Source of the DNA: an uncultured Desulfobacteraceae bacterium
Lineage (GTDB): Bacteria > Desulfobacterota > Desulfobacteria > Desulfobacterales > Desulfobacteraceae
DNA length: 64,000 nt
Direction: 5' to 3'
Assembly: GCA_913041495.1 (NCBI GenBank)
Contig: CAJWHT010000005.1
Location: 332 to 64,331, forward strand
Shown: positions 48,643-58,084 of the stretch, in pieces
How positions within the stretch are numbered: position 1 is the stretch's first letter
Layout of the letters: every line of letters starts with the position of its first letter
The notes under the pieces: generated by a model
The model's input: the letters and a program-made list of their open reading frames with translations, nothing else
Database searches by the model: none
What the model was told of the DNA's origin: nothing
Position numbers and translations under genes: made by a program

Positions 48643-50088
48643 ATCAAAGGCTTTGTCATAGGTGCCACGGGCAGCGGCACCGGTAAAACAACCGTCAGTC
48701 TGGGGATTCAGGCCTGGATGAAGGCCAAAGGCATGGGGGTGGCGCCTTTCAAGGTGGGACCGGATTTCATCGATCCCGGCCTCCACACAAAGGTATCCGG
48801 GGCCGTGAGCTATAACCTGGATTCCTGGATGCTTCCCAAGGCCTATAACCGGTCGCTTTTTATCGAAAAATCCGCAGGCAGCGACGTTGCCGTGGTGGAA
48901 GGGGTCATGGGGCTGTTCGACGGATATGACGCCCTGTCGGAAAAAGGGTCCACCGCCCAGATGGCCAAATGGCTGGATCTGCCCGTGCTCCTGGTGGTAT
49001 CCGCCAAAGGAAAGGCCAGGTCTGCCGCCGCCATTGTAAAAGGATTTGAAACCTTTGACCCGGATTTAAAGCTTGCCGGGGTGATCTTTGCCCAGGCCGG
49101 CAGCGAACGCCACTACCATTATCTTCGGGATGCGGTGGAACAAAATTGCAATACGCCCTGCCTGGGCTATCTGCCGAAAAATGAAAAGATTGTCATGCCC
49201 GAACGCCATCTGGGACTGGTGACGGCCGATGAAATGCCTATCCCCCAAGAAACCCTGGATATCCTGGTGTCCATGGTGGATACCCATCTGGATATGGACA
49301 GGCTGCTTGCCGGGCTATCTGAGGTGTCAAAAATAGAAACGGCTGACAGGGAAACGGAAGCGCCGATACACCCTGCCACCACCGGCCGATCTCCCAGAAT
49401 CGCCGTGGCCAGGGATAAGGCCTTTTGCTTTTACTACCCGGACAACATTGAAATCCTTCAGCGCAGCGGTGCCCAAATCGTCTATTTTTCACCTTTGACT
49501 GCGGACGCCTTGCCCGAGGATATCGACGGCATCTATTTTGGCGGCGGGTATCCCGAACTCAACGCGGCGCAGCTGTCGGCAAAACCTGAGCTTCTGGCAC
49601 AGGTCCGCAGCGCCGGCCTGGACGGAATGCCCATCTACGGTGAATGCGGGGGATTCATGTACCTGTGCCGGAACCTGTCGGACATGGACGGCAATGACGG
49701 CGGCCGGATGTGCGGTATATTTGATTTCGACATTAAGATGTCAGGCCGGCTGCGATCCCTGGGATACCGTGAGGTCACTCTGAAGGCCGACACCCTGCTG
49801 GGGCCGGCAGGCACCCGGATCAGGGGGCATGAGTTCCATTATTCATCCATCGTCCCGGACTCCGGAGGCAATCCACCCAAAGGTGCGGACAGCCGGGACG
49901 GGGTTGACAGCGTGTATGAGGTGGCTTCCCGGGCCGGACAGGAAATCTCCCTGGAAGGATTTCAACGGGAGAATACCCTTGGCTCCTATCTCCACGTTCA
50001 TTTCGGGAGCAACCCAAAAGCTGCGGCAAGCTTTGTGGACCATTGCGCCCGGTACAAAAAGACCCGCACCGGACCAGTCGAAGGATAA
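48643..50088 (+). CDS. cbiA: cobyrinate a,c-diamide synthase; start codon unresolved
   Basis: P-loop GATGSGTGKTTVSLG (from 48661) plus PFKVGPDFIDP, VVEGVMGLFDG and a GATase domain (YGECGGFMYL, GHEFHYS). The ORF-track ATG at 48718 would delete the P-loop. No ATG, GTG or TTG lies in frame between the upstream stop (48628-48630) and the P-loop. Confidence 0.85.
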   Translation: MKGFVIGATGSGTGKTTVSLGIQAWMKAKGMGVAPFKVGPDFIDPGLHTKVSGAVSYNLDSWMLPKAYNRSLFIEKSAGSDVAVVEGVMGLFDGYDALSEKGSTAQMAKWLDLPVLLVVSAKGKARSAAAIVKGFETFDPDLKLAGVIFAQAGSERHYHYLRDAVEQNCNTPCLGYLPKNEKIVMPERHLGLVTADEMPIPQETLDILVSMVDTHLDMDRLLAGLSEVSKIETADRETEAPIHPATTGRSPRIAVARDKAFCFYYPDNIEILQRSGAQIVYFSPLTADALPEDIDGIYFGGGYPELNAAQLSAKPELLAQVRSAGLDGMPIYGECGGFMYLCRNLSDMDGNDGGRMCGIFDFDIKMSGRLRSLGYREVTLKADTLLGPAGTRIRGHEFHYSSIVPDSGGNPPKGADSRDGVDSVYEVASRAGQEISLEGFQRENTLGSYLHVHFGSNPKAAASFVDHCARYKKTRTGPVEG

Positions 50089-50094
50089 GGGATC

Positions 50095-51204
50095 ATGTCT
50101 GAAAAAAAAAAGCTGAGATCAGGTTTTACCACAGGCGCTGCAGCAGCGGCTTCGGCAAAAGCCGCAGTACTTACCCTGCTGACCTGCCAGACCCCCCGGC
50201 AGGTGGAGATCCGTTTTCTCACCGGAGAGGCCAAAACCATTCCGGTAAAAGCGGTGACGGAACTGTCAACCACCAGTGCCCAGGCCCTGGTGATCAAAGA
50301 TGCCGGAGACGATCCCGATATCACCCATAAAGCCGAAATCGGTGCCAGGGTCACCCTGAAGGCGGCAAGCCCGCCGGGGATCACCATCACCGGCGGTGAC
50401 GGTGTGGGCCGTGTGACCAAGCCGGGCCTGGAAGTGCCTGTGGGGGAACCGGCCATCAACTCCGGGCCGAAAACAATGATTGAAGACGCGGTCTATGGGG
50501 CCTATCAGCAACTCTGCATGCCCTTCCGCCACCAGGTACATGTGGAGGTTTTCGTACCAAAGGGTGAGGAACTGGCAAAGAAAACCCTGAACGCCAGGCT
50601 GGGAATCCTTGGCGGCATTTCCATCCTGGGAACCACGGGCATCGTCAGGCCCTTATCCCACGACGCCTATATCGCCACCATCCGGTCCGGCATTTCAGTG
50701 GCCCGGGCCAACGGATCCAATTCACTGGTCTTTACCACCGGCCGGCGCAGCGAGCGTTACGCCATGGGTCTATTTCCCGGATTCAGGGAAGATGCCTTTA
50801 TCCAGACCGGGGATTTTTTCAAGGCAGGCATTGATATGGTGCTGGCGGAAAATGAGAATCCGGGCGCACCGGTAACACAGATTATCTATACCGTATTTTT
50901 CGGCAAAGCCGTGAAAATGGCCTTGGGCTTTGAGCACACCCATGCGGCAAAGTCGGAACTCACACTGAAGTCCCTTGCCCGGTGGGCCGATGAAAAAACC
51001 GGGGACAAGGCACTTGCACAAAATATCCGTTCGGCCAATACGGCCCGCCACGCCTTTTCATTTATCTATCCCAAATTCCCGGATCTTTTGCAGTTCGTGG
51101 GAAAAAAAATGATGGCAGCAGCCTCAGGGTTTGCCGGCCCCGGTGTTGACATCCGGATCATTATCCTGGATTTTGAAGGAAAGGTTGCCTTTGATTCCAA
51201 CTAA
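50095..51204 (+). CDS. cbiD: cobalt-precorrin-5B (C1)-methyltransferase
   Basis: 369 aa. LRSGFTTGAAAAASAKAA N-terminus, GDDPDITH, and LGILGGISILGTTGIVRP blocks. Confidence 0.9.
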   Translation: MSEKKKLRSGFTTGAAAAASAKAAVLTLLTCQTPRQVEIRFLTGEAKTIPVKAVTELSTTSAQALVIKDAGDDPDITHKAEIGARVTLKAASPPGITITGGDGVGRVTKPGLEVPVGEPAINSGPKTMIEDAVYGAYQQLCMPFRHQVHVEVFVPKGEELAKKTLNARLGILGGISILGTTGIVRPLSHDAYIATIRSGISVARANGSNSLVFTTGRRSERYAMGLFPGFREDAFIQTGDFFKAGIDMVLAENENPGAPVTQIIYTVFFGKAVKMALGFEHTHAAKSELTLKSLARWADEKTGDKALAQNIRSANTARHAFSFIYPKFPDLLQFVGKKMMAAASGFAGPGVDIRIIILDFEGKVAFDSN

Positions 51205-51291
51205 CGGCCATGGGCCGCCCATGGACGTCATGCACCGTGGCCACAACAAACCATGAAAGAATTCATTTACTTGGTTGGTTCTTTCATATAA
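51202..51291 (+). repeat. structured intergenic repeat, copy B
   Basis: Begins at the cbiD stop codon with the identical 20-mer TAACGGCCATGGGCCGCCCA. It also has the CCACAACAAAC core and an ATGAAAGAA / TTCTTTCAT 9-bp stem. Confidence 0.85.
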
Positions 51292-51340
51292 CGCTTTGTA
51301 AGCGGGCCCGGCATCAGATTCTGCCCCAAAAGGAGGAAAT

Positions 51341-52441
51341 GTGAAAAAACATGTATCCAACGCCAGGCTGATCCTCAATGCATTGGGCAATATGACCGAG
51401 TTTCTCAAGAACCAGGATACCGGAGATCCCGACACCCTGGATCCGGACGAATGCTTTAACTACCCCCTTGAAATTATCCGCCAGACCCTGCTGTTTGATA
51501 TTTCAGTCCTCTATAAGGTATCCAACGTTATCGAGGACATGCTGATTTTAGAGGTGGTCCGGGTGCTGGACCCGGACGGACACCGCATGGACCTCAAAGA
51601 GGGGCGAAAGCTTCGGCTGTACCTGGATGCCAGGGACAGGCGGTACGTCAACGAGGTAAATGCCTTTTCCACCAAACGCACCTCCCATATCAACGTCTCC
51701 GGCATGGGCTGCGATATCATGGGCTATGTCTATTTCCCCAGGGATTTCGGCGGGGCCTACCTGGTGGGCGGGGATTATTTCGGCAAAGATACGGGCCTCC
51801 ATGACTTTGAAATTTCTGCCATGGATATCATGTGCAATATGCTGTCCGCCATCCTCCTTAAAACCCGGTTCAAGGAAAAGGCAGAGATCGACGATCTCAC
51901 CGGCCTGGCAAATTCCGGTAAAATCAGGCATGAAACCGAACGCATCCTGAAACGGTTTCGCCGCAAACCCTCAAGCTGTGCCTGCATTGCCATGGGAGAT
52001 ATTGATTTCTTTAAAAAGGTGAATGACACCTACGGCCACATCCAGGGAGATCTGGTCCTAAAGGAAGTGGCCGCCATCATCTCCGAATCCCTGCGGGAGT
52101 ACTTTGACATCGCCGGCAGATACGGTGGCGAAGAGTTCCTCCTGGTCTTTGACGAAACAGACGGCAAAAGAACCATGGAAATCGTAGAGCGGATCAGAAA
52201 GACCATAGAAGCCCACAGGTTTCAACAGCTCAGCGATACCGGCCGGCCGGTGAAAGATAAGTATATTCAGGTTACCATGTCCTTCGGCGTGGCGGAAATG
52301 ACCGGCAAAAGTCCTGCCTGCGACCCCCAGGACTGGATCGGAAAGGCGGACAAGGCGCTTTACGACTCCAAACAGTCCGGCCGGAACCGGACCACCTTTT
52401 ACCAGGACAGTTCAGCCCAAGGGGAGGATGCCCCTAAATAA
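51341..52441 (+). CDS. GGDEF diguanylate cyclase with an N-terminal GAF-like sensory domain
   Basis: DDLTGLANSG, FKKVNDTYGHIQGD, and RYGGEEFLLVF active site. GTG start with AAAGGAGG. Confidence 0.88.
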   Translation: MKKHVSNARLILNALGNMTEFLKNQDTGDPDTLDPDECFNYPLEIIRQTLLFDISVLYKVSNVIEDMLILEVVRVLDPDGHRMDLKEGRKLRLYLDARDRRYVNEVNAFSTKRTSHINVSGMGCDIMGYVYFPRDFGGAYLVGGDYFGKDTGLHDFEISAMDIMCNMLSAILLKTRFKEKAEIDDLTGLANSGKIRHETERILKRFRRKPSSCACIAMGDIDFFKKVNDTYGHIQGDLVLKEVAAIISESLREYFDIAGRYGGEEFLLVFDETDGKRTMEIVERIRKTIEAHRFQQLSDTGRPVKDKYIQVTMSFGVAEMTGKSPACDPQDWIGKADKALYDSKQSGRNRTTFYQDSSAQGEDAPK

Positions 52442-53702
52442 AACGTGTCATACTGAAGGGCGCAACGTCTATGTCCGGCGTCCGTCCGGCGATCATATCA
52501 CTTGCGATTTTTCCGGTCCCCGGCGCAAGGGTCAGTCCCAGCATGCCGTGGCCCGTGGCAACGATCAGGTTATCCCGGCCCGGAGCACGGTCTATCACCG
52601 GCATATCGTCGCTGCACATGGGGCGAAGCCCTGTCCATTCCTCCACCACCGGGTGCCCCATGGGGTGTTTCAGGTATTCCCCGGCGCCTGCTATAATCTT
52701 TGAAAGCCGGCCCTTGGTAAATCCGTTGTCGTAACCGGAAAACTCCATGGTGCCCCCCAGGCGGTAGCCGTTTTTCCACGGGGTGGCCACAACCTTGCGT
52801 TCGGAAAACGAACAGGGGCGTGAAGGGATAAGATGCGGCCGTTCCATGGTGATACTGTATCCCTTGCCCGGTTGAACCGGAATGGAAAGGCGCAACTGCT
52901 TCATCGTAAGCGGGGTCCAGGCCCCGGCAGCCAGGATAAAGGCATCTGCCTTGAATTCGCCTTGATCTGTTCTGACGCCTGTGATGGTGCTGCGGGGGCC
53001 GGAATGAATAAATCCCGTCACCGGGCAATGCTCTTTGAGTATCACCCCTTTTTGGCGCAGATGTATCTTCCATGAAGTGATCAGCATATCCGGCCTAAGT
53101 GACCCGTCCGCCGGATTGAGCCATCCGCCGGCAATGTCTTCTTTCAGGGAAGGTTCCATATGGAGCAGTTCTTCCCTGGAAATCTTGCGGGCACCCATGC
53201 CGTAGGGTCTTAAATATTTGTCGGTCTGCCCATAGGCATCAAATCCCTTTTTGTTTTTATACACCATGAGCAATCCCTTTTTTTCAAGATCGCAATCCAT
53301 GGAAAACTGACCCCTGAGCCGGTCAAACAGGCGGGCGGAATAGGTAAGGAATGCGTACTTTGCAGCGGCAGCCCGGTCCATACGGCCCTTGTTGCAATTG
53401 AGGGCAAATCGCGACAGCCAGATGAAAAGGGCCGGATCCATCCTTGGTTTGATATAAAGCGGCGAGATGCCTTTGATGCTTTTGACCAGTTCCTGGACGA
53501 TGGTTCCCGGGGCACACAGGGGAATCAGGTCACTGAAGCAGAGCAGGCCGCAATTGCCGTGGGAGGCAGCACCGCCGATTTTTTCCCGCTCTAAAATGGT
53601 AACCTTGTGTCCGTCCCGTATCAGGTAATGGGCGCAGGCCAGACCGATGATGCCACCGCCGATAATAAGGATGTTCTGTTTTGTTTTCAAAGGCTTGTCC
53701 AT
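52434..53702 (-). CDS. FAD-dependent oxidoreductase (DAO family; D-amino-acid dehydrogenase or opine-oxidase-subunit-like)
   Basis: NILIIGGGIIGLACAHYL dinucleotide fold and a C-terminal ATGHGMLGLTLAPGTG block. Confidence 0.85.
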   Translation of the reverse strand: MDKPLKTKQNILIIGGGIIGLACAHYLIRDGHKVTILEREKIGGAASHGNCGLLCFSDLIPLCAPGTIVQELVKSIKGISPLYIKPRMDPALFIWLSRFALNCNKGRMDRAAAAKYAFLTYSARLFDRLRGQFSMDCDLEKKGLLMVYKNKKGFDAYGQTDKYLRPYGMGARKISREELLHMEPSLKEDIAGGWLNPADGSLRPDMLITSWKIHLRQKGVILKEHCPVTGFIHSGPRSTITGVRTDQGEFKADAFILAAGAWTPLTMKQLRLSIPVQPGKGYSITMERPHLIPSRPCSFSERKVVATPWKNGYRLGGTMEFSGYDNGFTKGRLSKIIAGAGEYLKHPMGHPVVEEWTGLRPMCSDDMPVIDRAPGRDNLIVATGHGMLGLTLAPGTGKIASDMIAGRTPDIDVAPFSMTRFI

Positions 53703-53759
53703 AAATCCCCCTTTACCGATGAAACGAAAAAAAACATTGACAATATCTCTGGAATTAAC

Positions 53760-53774
53760 TTATGTGTACATTAA
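53760..53774. promoter_or_regulatory. candidate GntR operator 1
   Basis: TTATGTGTACATTAA lies between the divergent oxidoreductase and gntR-type genes. It matches the 54566-54580 site at 14 of 15 positions. Confidence 0.5.
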
Positions 53775-53795
53775 TCTTAAATTTGGAGGGGGTCA

Positions 53796-54455
53796 ATGGC
53801 AAAAGCCAATCTGGATGAATTTGCATATCAGGCCATCATCAACCTGATACTTGAAAATCACTACAGACCCGGTGATTTTCTGCTGGAAACCGAGCTTGCC
53901 AAATCACTGGGATTGAGCAGAACCCCGGTGCGTCACGCCCTGGGACAACTTACGGCAGAAGGGTTTCTGGACAAAAAAAAGAAAAAAGGGTGCTTTATTC
54001 CCTCTCCCACCCCCGAAGATGCCAGGAATGTTTTTTATGCCAGGGAACATATTGAGGGACTGACTGCATCTTCCGCAGCCCGTCATGCCTCCGAAGACGA
54101 GATCCGGCAGCTTCTCCGCCTGGTGGAAAAGGAAAAAGCCATCACAGATCCTGCCACCCGGGAATCCAAGCGAACCTATGTCAGCGTTAACGAAAATTTC
54201 CACCTGAATATCGCCCGCATCAGTAAAAACAGATACCTTGAGCAGTATTGCCGCCACGCCTTCTGGCGGTCCAACACCTATATTTTCTTTTTTGATAAAT
54301 ACTACAGCGGAAAGCCTGAAGAGGGCCAGGTGACGGGCCCCAGACAGCATATGGAAATTATCAGGGCCATTGAAAACCGGAACGAGGAAAAGGCGGGCAA
54401 CCTGATGCGGCAACATGTAAGAACCACATTTGAGCAATTGTTCATAAAGCTATAA
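53796..54455 (+). CDS. GntR family (FadR/FCD subfamily) transcriptional regulator
   Basis: N-terminal winged HTH (PGDFLLETELAKSLGLSRTPVRHALGQLTAEGFL) and a C-terminal FCD-like helical domain. Confidence 0.88.
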   Translation: MAKANLDEFAYQAIINLILENHYRPGDFLLETELAKSLGLSRTPVRHALGQLTAEGFLDKKKKKGCFIPSPTPEDARNVFYAREHIEGLTASSAARHASEDEIRQLLRLVEKEKAITDPATRESKRTYVSVNENFHLNIARISKNRYLEQYCRHAFWRSNTYIFFFDKYYSGKPEEGQVTGPRQHMEIIRAIENRNEEKAGNLMRQHVRTTFEQLFIKL

Positions 54456-54565
54456 CCAGGCATGCCCGTTGCGGTTGTGTTTACCGGGACCGGGCGCCTG
54501 AAAAGTTATAAACCCCGTGTTGCTTGAACGGACCCCATGAAAACTGATGGTTCATGCGCACATCT

Positions 54566-54580
54566 TTATGTGCACATTAA
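54566..54580. promoter_or_regulatory. candidate GntR operator 2
   Basis: TTATGTGCACATTAA contains the perfect palindrome ATGTGCACAT, 37 nt upstream of the saccharopine-dehydrogenase-like gene. Confidence 0.5.
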
Positions 54581-54616
54581 AATCGGCACGGCAATTAACC
54601 TACAAAAGAGGTGACA

Positions 54617-55789
54617 ATGAATATTCTTGTTCTTGGCGGTTGTGGTATCCAGGGGCGGACCACGCTCTACGATCTGGCCCTGGACCCCAAAATCACCCGA
54701 ATTATCTGTGCGGATATCCGGTTTGACGACCTGGATCAGATCAGGCCGTTCACCGACATGCGTAAAATATCCACCGTACCCTTGGATGCCCGGGATAAAA
54801 CCGCCCTGGTGAACCTGTACAACGAGGCGGACATGGTCATTGACCTGCTGCCCAAGGATTTTAAACAATACGTTTACGAGGCGGCCCTGGAAACCGGCAG
54901 GAATGTGGTGAATACCAACTATGCCCACGATATCTTTGACCTGGACCGCAGGGCAAAGGATGCCGGTATTGCCATCATGCCCGAGTGCGGACTGGATCCC
55001 GGTATCGATCTGGTTATTTACGGGGATGCCCGGCGGCGCTTTGATACCCTTACTCTTATCAACTCCTACTGCGGCGGGTTTCCTGAAAAAACGGCATGCA
55101 CCAATCCCCTGAATTATAAATTGTCCTGGATCTGGCGCGGGGTTCTCAGTGCCACAAAGCGGTCCGGCCGCATCATCCGGGACGGCCGGGTGGTGGATGT
55201 TCCCGGTGAACGCCAGCATGATCCTGAGTTTATTCACAGTGTCGATTTTCCCGGGCTGGGAACTCTGGAGGCTGTCCCCAACGGTGATGCCGTTCATTTT
55301 ACCGATCTTTTAGGGGTGACGGAAACCATCCGGGAAACCGGCCGCTATTCCCTGCGGTGGCCGGGCTGGAGTGATTTCTGGCGTCCCATGAAAGCCTTGG
55401 GCTTCCTGGACGAAGAACCGGTTGAAGGGTTTGACTGCCGGATCACCCCCTTTGATTTCCTGGACAAGTTTCTCGGCCCCAAGCTCGCCTACCGGGATGA
55501 TGAAAAAGACCTGACTGCCATGATCAACGTGTTTGAGGGCCTCATGGACGGGAAACCCACCCGTCTTACCTCCACCATGCTTATTGAAAGGGATCTGGAA
55601 ACCGGGATCATGGCCATGAGCAAGGGGGTGGGATATACCGCCGCCATCGTGGCCCGGATGATCGCATCCGGAGAAATCACGGAAAAAGGGGTGTTGTCTC
55701 CCCTGGTACACATTCCCGTGGATAGGTTCATGGCGGAACTCAAAGACAGGGGGATACGGATTGAAGAGAAAACAACCGTGCTGGATTGA
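54617..55789 (+). CDS. saccharopine dehydrogenase family NAD(P)-binding protein
   Basis: MNILVLGGCGIQGRTTLYDLA Rossmann N-terminus and a Sacchrp_dh_C-like C-terminal half (GGFPE, LSWIWRGV). Confidence 0.82.
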   Translation: MNILVLGGCGIQGRTTLYDLALDPKITRIICADIRFDDLDQIRPFTDMRKISTVPLDARDKTALVNLYNEADMVIDLLPKDFKQYVYEAALETGRNVVNTNYAHDIFDLDRRAKDAGIAIMPECGLDPGIDLVIYGDARRRFDTLTLINSYCGGFPEKTACTNPLNYKLSWIWRGVLSATKRSGRIIRDGRVVDVPGERQHDPEFIHSVDFPGLGTLEAVPNGDAVHFTDLLGVTETIRETGRYSLRWPGWSDFWRPMKALGFLDEEPVEGFDCRITPFDFLDKFLGPKLAYRDDEKDLTAMINVFEGLMDGKPTRLTSTMLIERDLETGIMAMSKGVGYTAAIVARMIASGEITEKGVLSPLVHIPVDRFMAELKDRGIRIEEKTTVLD

Positions 55790-55866
55790 TGGCCATCCTT
55801 TTTAGAAGGTGGCCCCATATCCGGACCGGTTGACGGTGAATACATTAACCCAAGAAGGAGAAAGAC

Positions 55867-56670
55867 ATGAAGAAAAAAAGCGTTTTATCACTGGTTTTTG
55901 CCCTGTTGACAGCTCTACTCTTTTCAGGTGTCTGCACGGCCGGCACACTTTCGGACATCGTAAAGCGGGGGGAACTGCGGGTGGCGGTTCAATCCGGTGC
56001 CGCACCCTATGCCTTTATTGATAAAAACGGTGAGCATGCCGGCTCCATGATTGATTTCACAAAGGGCATGGCCGATGCCATGGGGGTTAAACTCAAGGTC
56101 CTGGACTTTGACTGGGACGGCCTGATTCCGGCCCTGCTGTCCAGCAAGGCCGATATCCTGGCCGCGGACATGACGCCCACCTTGAAACGGGCCCTGAAAA
56201 TCTCCTTCGCCGATCCCTGGATTCACGTTCAGCCCTGTATCTTCACCAGCACGAAAAAATCCTACCAGACCATTGACGATGTCAATAACCCCGATGTTAC
56301 CGTCGGCGTTCTCTTGGGTTCCACCGGTGAAACCATTGCCAAAAAGTATCTGCCCAAGGCCAAGTTCAAATCCTACAAAGGCGGTGGCCGCATGATCGTC
56401 CAGGCCCTGATTGCCGGCCACATTGACGCCGGTGTGAACGATGACCTGGCGGTGCTTACGGTTCTCCCGGATTTCCCCCCCAACTCCATCCGTCTGCTGG
56501 ACAAGCGTCTGGGACAGGGCAAGGACCCGCTTTCCTTTGCCGTACGCCACGAGTCCGTGAACCTGTGGCAGTGGATCAACCTTTACTTTTCCACCATCCG
56601 TAAAAACGGCGAGTATGATAAAAATATCAGTTACTGGCTGGAAGGCACGGAGTGGAAGAAAGATCATTGA
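55867..56670 (+). CDS. amino-acid ABC transporter substrate-binding protein (SBP_bac_3)
   Basis: Signal peptide, then LRVAVQSGAAPYAFIDKNGEHAGSMIDF...DWDGLIPALLSSKADILAADMT. Confidence 0.88.
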   Translation: MKKKSVLSLVFALLTALLFSGVCTAGTLSDIVKRGELRVAVQSGAAPYAFIDKNGEHAGSMIDFTKGMADAMGVKLKVLDFDWDGLIPALLSSKADILAADMTPTLKRALKISFADPWIHVQPCIFTSTKKSYQTIDDVNNPDVTVGVLLGSTGETIAKKYLPKAKFKSYKGGGRMIVQALIAGHIDAGVNDDLAVLTVLPDFPPNSIRLLDKRLGQGKDPLSFAVRHESVNLWQWINLYFSTIRKNGEYDKNISYWLEGTEWKKDH

Positions 56671-56744
56671 TCCTGATACCTGACGGTTCTCACTAATCAG
56701 GGGGGCGCCTTCGGGTGTCCCCTGCCAACCATAAGGATCTACCC

Positions 56745-57413
56745 ATGCTGGCTGATTTTAACTTCAGAGTCATCTTTGAATATCTGCCTCTTTTTTTAAC
56801 CGGCCTGCGAGCCACCTTCCTGATTTCCATCGTGTCCATAGCGCTTGCCCTGTGCACGGGAATCATTGCCTGTGCCTGCCGGATTTCACCGGCACGCGTA
56901 CTCAAGTATCCGGCCATCGCCTATATCGAAATCATCCGGTCCACACCGCTTCTGGTGCAGATTTATTTTCTTTATTTCGGTCTGCCCACCCTCGGGGTGA
57001 GAATACCGGAAATCCAGACCGGTATCCTGGCATTGATGCTCAACTCCGGTGCCTATATTGCCGAAATCATCCGGGCGGGAATCAACTCCGTGGATGAGGG
57101 CCAGCTTGAAGCCGGGATTTCCTCCGGCCTGAACTATGTCCAGCGGATGCGGTTTATCATCCTGCCCCAGGCCCTGGGGGTAACCATTCCGCCCCTTTTG
57201 GGCCAGGCCATCGTCCTGGTGAAGGATTCGGCTCTTCTGTCGCTGATTTCCGTAGCGGAACTCACCCGTTCCGGACAGCTTATGACCTCCGAGCGGTTCA
57301 TGCCCACGGAAGCATTTTTCACCGTGGCCTTTTTCTATATGTGCATCTACTTTGTACTCAAGGCCCTGGCGGAATGGTCCCAGAAAAAACTGATCTTCAG
57401 GGAGGCATACTAA
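56745..57413 (+). CDS. amino-acid ABC transporter permease (HisM/GlnP type)
   Basis: IEIIRSTPLLVQIYFLYFGLP and the EAA-loop region EAGISSGLNYVQRMRFIILPQAL. Confidence 0.88.
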   Translation: MLADFNFRVIFEYLPLFLTGLRATFLISIVSIALALCTGIIACACRISPARVLKYPAIAYIEIIRSTPLLVQIYFLYFGLPTLGVRIPEIQTGILALMLNSGAYIAEIIRAGINSVDEGQLEAGISSGLNYVQRMRFIILPQALGVTIPPLLGQAIVLVKDSALLSLISVAELTRSGQLMTSERFMPTEAFFTVAFFYMCIYFVLKALAEWSQKKLIFREAY

Positions 57414-57415
57414 TT

Positions 57416-58069
57416 ATGATGGCATTTTATTTCAGCCGGTTGATGGAAATATTTCCCTTTTTCCTCAAAGGGCTGTGGATGACGGTTCAGATCGCCTTTA
57501 TCAGCCTGTTTACCTGCACGGTATTGGGCTTTTTCCTGGGGATTTTCAGATCGGGCCAAAACCGGTTTTTGAAATGGTTCATCGGGGTATACGTCTCCTT
57601 TGTCCGGGGGACCCCCTTTGTGGTTCAGGTATTTATTATCTTTTTCATCCTTCCGGAGTGGGGCATTCAGCTTGAGGCATTTCCGGCGGCCCTCCTGGCC
57701 ATGGCCATTATGGGCTCCGCCTTTATCTGCGAAATTGTTGCCGGCGGGATTTCCTCGATTCCAAAGGGACAGTGGGAAGCGGCCGCCTCCTCCGGCCTTA
57801 CCATGACCCAGCAGCTTCGCCTGGTGATCCTTCCCCAGGCCATGAAGGTGATCCTGCCGCCCCTGGTGGGCCAGTACGTGCTCCTGATAAAAGATACCTC
57901 GGTGGTGTCGGTGATCGGGGTTATGGAGCTGACCCGTGTGGGCTGGGTGACCGTGGTGCGGATTCCCGAAGGCCTGATGGTGTTCAGCCTGGTGGGGATC
58001 CTCTATTTTGTGATTTCGTATCCCTTGATCCTGCTTTCCAATTACCTGGAGCGGAGAATGGCAGTATAA
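57416..58069 (+). CDS. amino-acid ABC transporter permease (second subunit)
   Basis: VSFVRGTPFVVQVFIIFFILP and EAAASSGLTMTQQLRLVILPQAM. The ATG lies 2 nt after the upstream stop. Confidence 0.88.
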   Translation: MMAFYFSRLMEIFPFFLKGLWMTVQIAFISLFTCTVLGFFLGIFRSGQNRFLKWFIGVYVSFVRGTPFVVQVFIIFFILPEWGIQLEAFPAALLAMAIMGSAFICEIVAGGISSIPKGQWEAAASSGLTMTQQLRLVILPQAMKVILPPLVGQYVLLIKDTSVVSVIGVMELTRVGWVTVVRIPEGLMVFSLVGILYFVISYPLILLSNYLERRMAV

Positions 58070-58084
58070 GAAAAGGAAGAATCC

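Noticed and set aside
54566-56667. 243-aa and 247-aa minus-strand ORFs (54566-55297 and 55924-56667)
   Set aside because: Antisense to the saccharopine-dehydrogenase-like and substrate-binding-protein genes. Composition is typical of GC-rich shadow frames.
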